Made by a program: the position numbers and the translations under genes | Shown: positions 25,022 through 36,879 of the stretch, piece after piece | Position numbering within the stretch: position 1 is the stretch's first letter | How the letters are laid out: every line of letters starts with the position of its first letter | Notes under the pieces: model-generated | What the model was told of the DNA's origin: nothing | Databases searched by the model: none | What the model saw: only the letters and a program-made list of their open reading frames with translations | Origin: Dipteris shenzhenensis | Lineage: Eukaryota | Length of the DNA stretch: 64,000 nucleotides | Direction: 5' to 3' (one strand) | Assembly (NCBI GenBank): GCA_047967505.1 | Contig: CM106538.1

Positions 25022-26774
25022 GAGGCAGTTGATCAAGTGAGTGATGTCGAGCGAGCAAGACCAAATAAGCAAGCAAGAAAAAGCGAGCAAAGTAGAAATG
25101 GTTGGGCTACCAACACGTAATCTCATTATATGTATGTACTCATCATTAATAAAGATTTATAGTGCTTCCTCAACATTGAACATGATTATAACATAATATT
25201 GCAAGTGCACATTAGTAATAGTGCTCTATATTCTATGAGATGAGCTTAAATAGAATTATTTTAGCTATCAACAATAGGTACTATATAGTTGAAGTGCATC
25301 GCTTGAGAAAAACATAACCTCACTATATGTATGTATTGATAGTTAATAAAGCTTTATTGTATCACCATAATTTTAAAGATGATTATACTATAAGCTTGTA
25401 AGTCTACATTAGTGATAGTGTTATTTATTCTCATGAGATGAGCTTGCATAGAAATGCTTTGGCTACCAACAAGTAGTATATAGTTGAAGTGCATCATTCA
25501 ATAAAAACTTCAACATCGAACATGATCATAACATGTTATTGAAAGTCTACCTTGGCAAAAATGTTCTATATATTTTAATCAAAAGAACTTGCATAGAAAA
25601 CATTTGATTGTTTTTGTCCCAATTTTTATTTCTAACAAGCTCCTATTACGAGCGGCCTTGCTCTAAATCTGGTGTAAGAAACTAGTAAAATTTCAATTAA
25701 ATTCATATTTTGATGCATGAATTTTTAGCTAAATGGTGCAAAAGGTCATGATAATCATCTAAATCATGCCTTGCCATTCGTTTTGATATGTAGCATGACC
25801 CCATTTGGATTTGTAAATCAAAAGATATAGGATGTCAAAATTCTCATCTTTTGGGCCAAAAGAGGGAGTGCGTTAATGTGCTACCTGTTTTGGCCCAAAA
25901 GATGAGATTTTAGATGCCTAAATTCTCATCTTTTGGGCCAAAATAGACAGCACGTTAACGCACTCTTTCTTTTGGCCCAAAATATGAGAAATTTGACGTC
26001 CTGTATCTTTTGATTTACAAATCCAAATGGGGTCATGCTACATATCAAAACGAATGGCAAGGCATGATTTACATGATTATTATGACCTTTTGCACCATTT
26101 AGTAAAACTTCATGCATCAAAATGTGAATTTAATAAACAATTAGTCGATTTCTTGCATCAGATCTAGAGGAAAGTTTACATAATAGGGACCATGTCAATA
26201 CATTGTCTATTTTGGCTTCTACCATTGACTTCTACAAGCAAAGATTGATTTGTTTTGGAATTCAATTCATTTTAAAGAAAGGGATGTACTTACTCTTTAT
26301 ATTTTGTTGGATTGGTGGGATGTAAGAGTGATTCATTAGGGAGGGCTTTTTTGCAAATAGATAAACATGGGTTTTGTTCGAAGAGTGAATAGAGTTTCAA
26401 AAACCAAGCATTTGCACATGCATGTAATGTGGACTATTCCATTCAAGAAGTCCTATAAAACTTTTGACTAGTGTCGAAGATTTCATTGGTGATCTCACTT
26501 ATGTTGGTGGAGAGGGAGAACTTGATTATGGAGGATTACAAAATATTGAATGAGTAAAAGTGAGTGAAGATAGGGCGTCTTTACTAATGATGCCTTGGCA
26601 ATGACATAGGTCCAAAACTCTCATGGACTTTTGAAGAACTTAGACAGTTGCTAAAATAAGGATTTGTCAATCTATCATTATTTTGTTTTGATTGTTTTTT
26701 TTGGCTCACTCACTTTTTCTCGCTCACGTTTTTTGGTTCGCTCACTTTTCCTCGCTCACTTTTTGGTAATCCTC
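25022..26774. mobile_element. Non-autonomous TIR element (Mutator-like) with 9-bp TSD
   Basis: TSD gtgtaccat (25013-25021) / gtgtaccgt (26775-26783); termini GAGG...CCTC with imperfect inverted aagtgagcga-rich subterminal repeats; the host LINE frame (LFGESVP|WVEVVQWFI) resumes after it. Confidence 0.8.
25640..26190. repeat. ~550-bp fold-back inverted repeat
   Basis: Arms of ~250 bp centred near 25915, e.g. tggtgcaaaaggtcat/atgaccttttgcacca and catgaccccatttggatttgtaaatcaaaa/ttttgatttacaaatccaaatggggtcatg. Confidence 0.92.
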
Positions 26775-29599
26775 GTGTACCGTGGGTAGAAGTAGTGCAA
26801 TGGTTTATAAAGACAACTCAACGAGCAAAGGTGGGTTCTTGGGATGGTTTGTTATGGTATGAGAGATTGTTCTCTGATTTCCCATTGAGGTGAAGGGGTC
26901 AAATTTGCTATTGGTAAACTTTCCTAGAAAGGGATGGGGGGTCTAATAGTTGATGCTAGCCTTAGTGAATGCATATGGTGGAGTGAGACTGTTATGGTCG
27001 GGGATAGCTCAAATAGCAATAGCATCTTTGTACATATCAGTGGCCTATAATATATTAAAGAAAGGTTTGGTTTATTGATCTTAGGTATGGGACCCTTGGA
27101 AAGGTGATTGGTGTAGAGTGGGGAACATTAATTGTAGATCTTGCATGACTATGCGTGAGTCAGCCTTTGCCCATAGGGTGTTGGGAATAGTTCCAAAAAG
27201 TTGGTCGACCAATTGTATTGAGACCAAAGGAAAGCGAGTGGCTCAGTGGGTCATGGGGAAGGTCACATTGCAAAAGATTTTATCCAGAGCTCTATACCAC
27301 TATTTGCTAGAGGATCAGATACTAGCAGGAGATCTGAATAGGACATGGGGCCACGTTGGCAAATTGGGAAAATAAGTTTTATGATATGGAAAGTCGTGCA
27401 TCATTGGTTACGTGTTCGGGCCATACTGGCCAAAAGATTTCAACTCAACCCATGTTGTCCTCTCTATGGAAGAGTAGTCAAGCTTGTGCAGCATCTTATT
27501 TGGCATTGTCCTATATCCAGGAATGTTTGGATGAAAGTGGAAGCTGCTATATGGGTTTTAGGCCTGATGTCTAAGTTCTACAGCGGATCCATTTGGAGGT
27601 TGGTAATGATAGGGGACCCAATGAGGCTCCCTTCCACACTATCATCATGTTGGCCATATATCAAAGGGGCTGTATACTGGTCTATTTGGCTGGTAAGAAA
27701 CCAAATGGCATTCCATAGGTTGGTAGTGCACGGTTTTATGGGAAATCATCCTAGTTAGGATGGTGAGGGCCTCTCTTTGTCAGACTTATCTGTTGTGATG
27801 GGGAACGTAGATTCTCTGGTTGGTTAGTCTTTGGCTGAGGTTACTACTACCTTGGCTACTTGAAATACTCCTCGTTTGGGTGTTCACAAGTGCTTTTATC
27901 ATAGGCCTCAGATCTTTACCCCTAATTTGGCCAAATTTTGTACTTGGGTCCTTTGAGGGTCTGACCACCCCTCTTTGATACAAGCCGGCTATGTTTTGTG
28001 GGGGGGGGGAACATTCAAACTATATCATTATCATTGAGGGAACCCTCTTCAATCCATTATTTGCACCACACTCTGCTAAGCACTTCGAAAACATGTCATC
28101 CTCTTGTAGCACAACACCAAAATCAGTGACAGTCTTGAAACTTTCCACCACAACATGAATACTAGGAACGGAAACACCACCTAAGTCCAAGACAAGAAGC
28201 ATCTACATGAATACCACTATCTAGAATATCCACCAACAAAAAACAAATCTCCACTAACATTAACATTTACACTGTCACCAAATCTAGGTCCATGCATACC
28301 ACTCCCAAAACCTCCATAATGAGAACAAGGGAAACCAATGCTACATCTCAAATCTTCAGTAGCACAACCTGGAAACATACCTGTATAACAACCAACACCC
28401 ATACTAGCACATTCAACTAAACATGGCTACTCAAAACCAAAAGGACCACCACTTGTAGCTCCTGCCAAGCCTCCAATATCACAACCCAAAGAATTTGCCA
28501 GAAATACCAACCAAATTCTCTACACGAAAAACATCTACCGAAAGATTAGAAGAACACACAACACCAAAACCTAAAGATAAACCAAGAGAGCATCATCTGA
28601 TGGAGTAGCACAAACCCCATCAACATTGGCAATAGAAGCGAGTATATGAAGAAATCTTTATCCCAGGCAGCCCCTCCGGGTCTCATAACTAAATTCAAAC
28701 TTGTAACCAATGCTAGGACTATCTAAAAGGATCAAAGATGCCTATGAGAAATCTAGCTAGAGTAAGAAAATAAGCTATGTTTCTTGCGAGATGCTTATAG
28801 AGTTTTTGTGCAACAATAATCAAGTGGGTGGGGTATTGACGAATGGCAAGAGTTTTTTGTGTCTATCTTGTCCTGGAATTTATGGGGCTACTGTGATAAA
28901 GTGAATTAGAAAAGATATGTCATCGTGATCAAGGAGAAGTCTCTTGAGATAGCGTTGCTTGAGGAGCCTGTGTGGACACGAGGCATCGTCGAGCAGTGGG
29001 AATTTTTTTGCAAGGCTTGGACTACAGGCATATTTTACACATTCTCCACGGGAGATATCCATTGGATGTATAGGCCATCATCTTGGTTGTTAGCCCCTGT
29101 TTTGGACAGTTGCTAAGAAGTGAGATGGGATTTTCGATAGGCTCGATTTGGACAGCCAGGTCTTCTCTTTTTTATTTACCATCATCAGCCCTAGTTTGGT
29201 AGCTGATTTCTATGGGGTTTTTTCCAAGCATTAATAGAAAGTCCTTCTCTTTGCAAATAAAGAAATTTTTGTAGTATGGAGGTTTTCCTTACCGGTGGGG
29301 GTGGGAATATTTTTTTGACATGATTTCATTCAAGTTCAATACGAACTTTCTTTAAAGCAATAGTTTGTGTGACTTGATCAGGACCAAATGGAGGGAATGT
29401 AGTGCGAGCATTGAGGGCACTTGCGCCACTAAGTAGGATGATGCCATTAGAGGGGTGGTTAGTGTGGCTAGAGAGTGGGACTAATAAGGTCATATGAGGA
29501 GGTTGAGGTTGAGGGTCTAGTTTTACAGATCAGGTATTGATTATACGCGAGCTACGATCCATTTGACTCCCATCTCAACCACTCTCTTGGTGGAAGTTG

Positions 29600-31990
29600 A
29601 GGATGTGATTAGTGGCAATGAAAATTGAAGCCACGCACATGGATTTTTTGTCTAGAGATATCAATGCTAGGTTAGTTAAGCTTCTCCCTAAGCATCAGAA
29701 CAAGCCACAAGTGCATGACTAGAGGCATATCACGAGGTAATTGCAAAAGCTATGGCCATTTGGATTAGAGATGTATGCTTGCAAGGGGTTGATCTTGTGC
29801 AAAAGGCACTCTTTAAGGCAGAAATAGCTCAAATGTCTCTAAGGCCCTAGACTATGCCTGTACCACTAGCCAGCAGTGCCTTTTGTTTGGATTTGATTTA
29901 GATGAATCTTATGGCAAGGCTAAATAGGACTTCATCTATGCAACCCTGCAGCATTTATGGCTATGGGTCCACGTTTGTTATGATGGTCGGTTCCTTATTT
30001 CGGAATCCTCTGGCATTCTTTGTGTTAGTTGTGGGCCATTTTTTGAGAGTGCTCTCAATGGAAGCAAGAATGGAAGAGGGAGAGAGAGAAACAGAGAGCT
30101 ACACAAGTTTTGGTGGGTGCAAAACCACCCTAATCTTCTTTTTCATTCATTTATATATGTGTTTGAGTATTGTACATAACCGGGGTAAAGGCACAGTGAC
30201 CTTGAACCCCCACAACCTCCCACTTAAAGGACAATGTGCCTTTAAGGGAGAACAACCAGTGAGCATACTATCCAATGCCCATCAATACACGACAATACTC
30301 AAACCACTGACTAGGTAGACTCTTCGTCAACATATCTACAGGGTTATCATCTGTATGAACCTTGACAAGCTCTATGCACTTGTCTTCAAGTACCTCCCTG
30401 ATGAAATGGTACTTGACCTCAATGTTTTTGGTCTTTGCATGAAAGACTGGATTCCATGCTAGCTGAATAGCACTCATGGAATCACTATGCAATGTCGGTA
30501 CACCTGTATGAATCCCCAAATCTCCCACTAGCCGATCAAGCCATATAGCCTCCTTGCAACCCTCTGTGGCTGCAACATACTCAGCCTCTATGGTAGACAA
30601 AGCAACGCACTTCTATGCGCGAGACATCCACAACACTGCACCACCTGCAAAGGTGAACACATAACCAGAAGTAAATCTCCTACTATCCACATGCCCTGCA
30701 TAGTCTGAATGTGTATACCCAAGGACACGCATGTCTCCTTTACCAAAGCAGATGCACATCTCCTTGGTACCCTTCATGTACCTCATGATGCACTTAACTA
30801 CCTCCCAATGCCTCTTTCCTGGATTAGCCATATACCGACTAAAAACTCCCACAGCAAATGCAATGTCTGGTCTAGTAGCTATCATAGCATACATAAAACT
30901 CCCAACTGCTGATGCATAAGGAACCTTGGCCATCATGGCCCTTTCCTCATCTGATTTGGGACTATCTGTATGACTCAGTTTCACATATGGAGGCAATGGA
31001 GTACTCACTGCCTTCCTGCCCTCCATATTGAAACGCTGCAATACTTTTGTAACATACTCTTTTTGTGAAAGCCAAAGGAGTTTCCTACTCCGATTACGCG
31101 TGATGCGCATACCAAGAATATGACCTGCAAGTCCCAAATCCTTCATATCAAAGGCCTCATGCAACTTGGCCTTTAATGCATCTAGCTCATAAGTATTCTT
31201 GCTAGCCAATAGCATATCATCCACATATAGTGCCAAGATTATCAGGCTATTATCCTTAGCCCTTTTAGTGTAGAGGCAATGATCAATTTCACTCCTTCTA
31301 AAACCCTGGGACCGAATGAAAGCATCAAACTTCTGATACCATTCTCTAAGCGCTTGCTTAAGACCATAGAGACTCTTCTTCAGCTTGCAAACTAAATGCT
31401 CTTTGCCCTTTTCTTCAAAGCCTTCCAGTTGCACCATGTAAATTTCCTCATGCAAATCCCCATGCAAGAAAGCTGTCTTGACATCCATCTGCATAAGCTC
31501 CATATCCTCTAATGCCACTAGTCCAAGCATACATCTAAGTGTGGTCATCTTCACAACCGGAGAGAATATCTCATCAAAGTCCACACCCTTCTCTTGCTTG
31601 AACCCTTTAGCGACCAAACGGGCCTTGTACCTAGGCACATCATCACCTATGAGAGTGCTCTCAACGGAAGCAAGAACGGAAAAGGGAGACAGAGAAACAG
31701 AGAGCTACACAAGTTTTGGTGGGTGTAGAACCACCCTAATCTTCTTTTTCATTCATTTATATATGTGTTTGAGTATTGTACATAACCGGGGTAAAGGCAC
31801 AGTGACCTTTAACCCCCACAATTTTGTCCTCCACAAGTCAGTTAGCCAAGGGAGCTCACTAGCCCCGCTGTTGCTCCCCTTGTGCACTGTACCTTTAAAT
31901 TGACCTACTAAAAATGGATGTTGAGGAGGGATTAATAAGAAGTCATTGATGATATAGTGACATTCTTGGAAGAATCTCATGCATTAGGAA
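29600..31990 (+). mobile_element. Decayed LINE RT fragment split by a copia insertion
   Basis: LVKLLPK...IAKAMA; across the insertion it reads GHFVLHKSVSQGSSLAPLL (RQGCPLSP-like). Confidence 0.65.
30043..31820 (-). mobile_element. Internally deleted Ty1/copia element (two ~170-bp LTRs, RT-RNase H only)
   Basis: LTRs at ~30043-30214 and ~31648-31820; TSD ATTTT (30038-42 / 31821-25); RYKARLVAKG, QMDVKTAFL, LYVDDML and AEYVAATE..KNIEVKYHF. Confidence 0.92.
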
Positions 31991-32267
31991 AAAAGCGAGC
32001 TCATTTTCGGGCCTTTTGGCCAAAATGAAAAATAGCTCTCAACCATGGCCATAGGGCCAATGTAACATGGGAAAATTTTAAAAATTTTGAATTATATATG
32101 GATTGTCAGAGCAAGAATGAATGTACAACTATTAATAACAAATAAAAAATTTGGGTTGAGCTACTGACATGATTCTCATTGAATCTACTATCTAACAATG
32201 TCTCATTCAAAATACATCACCAACTGAAATGTGCTTTCCCTCCCGAACTACTCTCCCCTCAAGTACT

Positions 32268-32361
<94 letters not shown>

Positions 32362-32624
32362 TCGTATATGCGTTCCTTCAACTAGTAGATTGGGTTGCCT
32401 TTTGTGAGTTTTGGGTGGTGATGGTAAACCAGTACCTCAAAGTACCTCTAGGATCAAGGTACAATAGTGAGCTCAGTGAGCTCTTTGCTTTGTCAATATC
32501 TCTCTTTGAATTTTTAGAAGTTTTAGATGAACAATCTATGCTTATGCAAAACGGTGTGTTTATTAGAATGTTGTAGACTAGAATGTAACTTTTGCAAGTT
32601 TTTCATGGATACGGTAAACCATTA

Positions 32625-35600
32625 TGTTGGCTCTTTCCTACTGCTCTCGTAGGAAGAGCTGGGTATTCTATGTTGCAGGGTTCCGAGGCTTTTTGTCACC
32701 TACAGATATATTGGGATTGTCGGTTGTAGTATATGTGTAGCTTAGGACCTCGAGTCGTGTTCCGGTGAGAGACGTAGGCTTAAGTGTGGTAAGCAAACAA
32801 AGTGCAAGCATGTGTAAAAGGCACGTAAACCATCTTTGTTGAGGTAATGAAGGCTTTCACCTTCATTGGGGGTTGTAGGGTTTAGGAAGGGTTTAAGGGT
32901 TCAGAAGGAGGTTCCAGGGTTTAGAAAGAGTTCCAGGGTTTAGGAGGAGTTCCAGGGTTCAGAAGGAGGTTCCAGGGTTCAGAAAGAGTTCCAGGGTTCA
33001 GAAAGAGTTCCAGGGTTTAGAAGGAGGTTCCAAGGTTTAGAAGGAGTCCAGGGTTAGAAGGAGGATCCAAGGTTCAGAGTAGAGTACATGGTGGAGAACT
33101 CGTCTCCCTCGTAGATCATGGAGTTTAAGGGTTGAGGAACAAAGGGTTTAGGGGAGCATAGGAGTGGGAGAGGAAGAAGGTGTAAGAGCATGGGGGAAAG
33201 AAGAGAGAGGAGGGGGGAGGAGGAGAGAGGAGGAGGAGGAGGAGGGAGGAGGAGGAGGGAGGAGGAGGAGGAGGAGGGAGGAGGAGGAGGAAGGAGGAGG
33301 AGGGAGGAGGAGAGGGAGAGGGTGGGTTGCAAGGTTGGAGGAGAGGGGAGAAGGGTTGCAAGGTTAGGACATGCTTTTGGACGTGCAGTGCAAGGAAGCA
33401 TGGACACTTGAGACAAATGCTTGGAATACCAAAGTAGACTCAACACAATGCCCCAAAGAGTGTGGGCTTCATTCCATTATGGGGTATTTATACAAGTTGG
33501 AGAGCTTCTCTCTCTGCATGTAACACAAAGTCATATCACAAAGTTGTAACACAAAGTTGTATCACATTCTCTCTCTACATGTAGAAGTTGTAACACAAAG
33601 TTGTTACACAAAGTTGTAACACAAAGTTGTGTCACAAAGTCGTAATACATTCTCTCTCTTCATGTAGACAAACTCATAACACAAAGTTGTTACACAAAGT
33701 CGTAACACAAAGTTGTGTCTAGAAGTTGTAACACAAAGTTGTATCACAAAGTTGTAACACCTTCTCTTTCTTCATAAGTTCATGTTGGCACAGAGTCAAC
33801 ATACTCCCGGATCCATTTGATTACCCGTCCTCGGGTTATGGCTTATTGCGATCACGTACCTGGGTTGCCATGTTTTTAGTCCAGTGGCTGTGGAACTTGT
33901 GTCATGCCAGTCGATCCTGCTGGAGAGCCTTAGCACCATACAATTTTTGCGCAGTTTCCAGGTAGCCTGTATCTACCATTTGCTCGAACAGAGATATGTG
34001 GCGTGCCTCCAAGAAGATCACTCTTTGATAGAGTCGGCTTGTAATCTGAGCATCAATCCGTTCATTGGGATTAAAGCTGAGTGGAGGCAAATGGGAATCA
34101 AGGTAACATGGGACCTCCAGAATTAATTCTAATGTTTTACAGAATATGGCACTTTGGCGAAGGAAGCGATCAATGTTGCCGCGCATTGTTTGTTCATGCT
34201 GCTGAAGTGCTCGGATCATGGTGGCTTGGATATTCCATTCTACACCAGAGTAGGGTTCGATCATTGGCCAATTAATGACTCGATCTTTAGCCAAAGTGTG
34301 TATGTTGGCTTCCCATTTTTTACGCCGTGGAACTGCATAGAACTTGGGATGGGTTCTGAGACATGGAGGTGCCCGTAAGTACTCCTTTAAGAAGATTACA
34401 TCAAAGAGCTTGGGACGGCGCCAATCAGGTTGTGGATCCAATTTGCTAATCCAACCTTCACTTATTTGATGCTGACGAAGGTTGGTAGGAAAGTTACCCA
34501 GGGTCCATCCACCGCGAGTTTTCATATCAGGATATTTGCTCCAAAATTCCTTGATGGGGTTACTGGGAAGTGGTATCTCATCAAAATCATACCCATCAGT
34601 GGAACTTGGCATGGGTGTACGAATTGGATTATCCGGATCCTGATATTCAAAATCAAATACTGCATCATTTTCTGCTGATGGAAGCACCAGAAGTGTCGGA
34701 GGTGATGACGGGGCCGGGAGAGAATCAGGGGACATGGGGGAGAAATATGGCTGAGTGATAGTGGCGGAAAAAAAGAGCAAAAAAAAAAACTGAAAGACGA
34801 AAATTGAAAAGCAAGGAGAAGTGGTCACCTGAACGCTCTCCAAGTCTTTCTCGATGTAACGGGATTGTTGCGAAACAATGGACGGTGGGTGGAAGGCTAG
34901 GTCATCGCTGCGAGAAGGGCTCGATGTCACTTACATTATTGCGAGGATAGGAGTAAGGGGGTGGTCGATGGAGAGGGAGGAGTGTCTTGCGTGGGGCTCG
35001 GAATGAAGAAGAGAATGGAGGCAAAAAGTGAAAGATGAAGAATGAGGGGGGTGGAGTAGGTTTTTATAGGATTGGATTTTAGGTTTAGGGTTTAGGTTTA
35101 GGGTTTAACCCTAAACTCTTCCCGAGCCATAACTCTTTATGGAGAGCTCGGTTTGCTTTTCTGTAAAAAGGTAAAATGATTGAAATTGAAAGCTCTACGC
35201 ATCCGTGTCCACTACCTAGCCTGATTGTATATCATGTGGCTTCTATTTAAGAAATTAAGAAAATTTCTTAAGGTAGTAACCCAAAGTGGATGTTTGGGGT
35301 TGATATGTTTGGCTAGAATTGGAAAAAAAATTTACTCTCCTTGCCCTTGAGTGTTATGTTCGTGAAAGTTCAAAGTAGTGTCTTGTTTTACACATACCTA
35401 CGTATGTTTACTCACTACTTGAGACGCTAGTCTCCCCGACAGCGGCGCCAAATGTTGGCTCTTTCCTACTGCTCTCGTAGGAAGAGCTGGGTATTCTATG
35501 TTGCAAGGTTCTGAGGCTTTTTGTCACCTACAGATATATTGGGATTGTCGGTTGTAGTATATGTGTAGCTTAGGACCTCAAGTCGTGTTCCGGTGAGAGA

Positions 35601-36629
35601 CATAGGCTTAAGTGTGGTAAGCAAACAAAGTGCAAGCATGTGTAAAAGGCACGTAAACCATCTTTGTTGAGGTAATGAAGGCTTTTGCCTTCATTGGGGG
35701 TTGTAGGGTTTAGGAAGGGTTTAAGGGTTCAGAAGGAGGTTCCAGGGTTTAGAAAGAGTTCCAGGGTTTAGGAGGAGTTCCAAGGTTCAGAAGGAGGTTC
35801 CAGGGTTCAGAAAGAGTTCCAGGGTTCAGAAAGAGTTCCAGGGTTTAGAAGGAGGTTCCAAGGTTTAGAAGGAGTCCAGGGTTAGAAGGAGGATCCAAGG
35901 TTCAGAGTAGAGTACATGGTGGAGAACTCGTCTCCCTCGTAGATCATGGAGTTTAAGGGTTGAGGAACAAAAGGTTTAGGGGAGCATAGGAGTGGGAGAG
36001 GAAGAAGGTGTAAGAGCATGGGGGAAAGAAGAGAGAGGAGGGGGGAGGAGGAGAGAGGAGGAGGAGGAGGAGGGAGGAGGAGGAGGGAGGAGGAGGAGGA
36101 GGAGGGAGGAGGAGGAGGAAGGAGGAGGAGGGAGGAGGAGAGGGAGAGGGTGGGTTGCAAGGTTGGAGGAGAGGGGAGAAGGGTTGCAAGGTTAGGACAT
36201 GCTTTTGGACGTGCAGTGCAAGGAAGCATGGACACTTGAGACAAATGCTTGCAATACCAAAGTAGACTCAACACAATGCCCCAAAGAGTGTGGGCTTCAT
36301 TCCATTATGGGGTATTTATACAAGTTGGAGAGCTTCTCTCTCTGCATGTAACACAAAGTTGTATCACAAAGTTGTAACACAAAGTTGTATCACATTCTCT
36401 CTCTACATGTAGAAGTTGTAACACAAAGTTGTTACACAAAGTTGTGTCACAAAGTCGTAACACATTCTCTCTCTTCATGTAGACAAACTCGTAACACAAA
36501 GTTGTTACACAAAGTCGTAACACAAAGTTGTGTCTAGAAGTTGTAACACAAAGTTGTAACACAAAGTTGTATCACAAAGTTGTAACACCTTCTCTTTCTT
36601 CATAAGTTCATGTTGGCATAGAGTCAACA
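32625..36629 (-). mobile_element. Young non-autonomous LTR element with ~1.18-kb LTRs and an orphan ORF
   Basis: Near-identical LTRs TGTTGG..TCAACA at 32625-33801 and 35453-36629; perfect TSD CATTA; PBS-like TGGCGCCGCTGTCGGGGAG on the - strand at ~35432-35450; no gag/pol motifs seen. Confidence 0.93.
33902..34930 (-). CDS. Orphan ORF inside the non-autonomous LTR element (342 aa from GTG; 277 aa from first ATG at 34735)
   Basis: Uninterrupted ORF filling most of the internal region, in the element's sense orientation; no motif recognised. Confidence 0.55.
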   Translation of the reverse strand: MTSSPSRSDDLAFHPPSIVSQQSRYIEKDLESVQVTTSPCFSIFVFQFFFLLFFSATITQPYFSPMSPDSLPAPSSPPTLLVLPSAENDAVFDFEYQDPDNPIRTPMPSSTDGYDFDEIPLPSNPIKEFWSKYPDMKTRGGWTLGNFPTNLRQHQISEGWISKLDPQPDWRRPKLFDVIFLKEYLRAPPCLRTHPKFYAVPRRKKWEANIHTLAKDRVINWPMIEPYSGVEWNIQATMIRALQQHEQTMRGNIDRFLRQSAIFCKTLELILEVPCYLDSHLPPLSFNPNERIDAQITSRLYQRVIFLEARHISLFEQMVDTGYLETAQKLYGAKALQQDRLA

Positions 36630-36879
36630 CATTAACAAGATCTCGCTCTTTGAGAAGCTTTCTTTATCAAAATATCGAGGAGCAAGGTACAAGAGCGAGC
36701 TCTTTGCTTTTTCAATCTCTTTTTTTGAGATTTCAGAAGTGGAAGTGTTAAGTTGGATAATATTCTTTTAGTTTTTGATGAACAAGAGTGTATTTATAAA
36801 GATGTTGTAGACTGGAATATAACTTTTGAAAGTTTTTCATGGGGACAACAACACAATAACTGGTCCTGGTTTTACATGA

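Larger units (their letters stand above)
22750..27760 (+). mobile_element. Decayed L1-like LINE (ORF1 Zn knuckle, endonuclease start, RT, zf-RVT), interrupted at 25022-26774
   Basis: FICRATSHFVNNCP knuckle; LSSQNV; KDRAPGSDG, GLIKLFPK and WRLISMLNSSYKIVAKAMALR; CPL....HLIWHCP and WSIWLVRN. Confidence 0.8.

Noticed and set aside
28020-29280. Short ORFs between the LINEs
   Set aside because: Probably further decayed LINE pieces, but no diagnostic motif could be read.
33054-36274. Duplicated Pro/Ser- or Gly/Glu/Arg-rich ORFs
   Set aside because: They are GGA-triplet tracts within the two LTRs.
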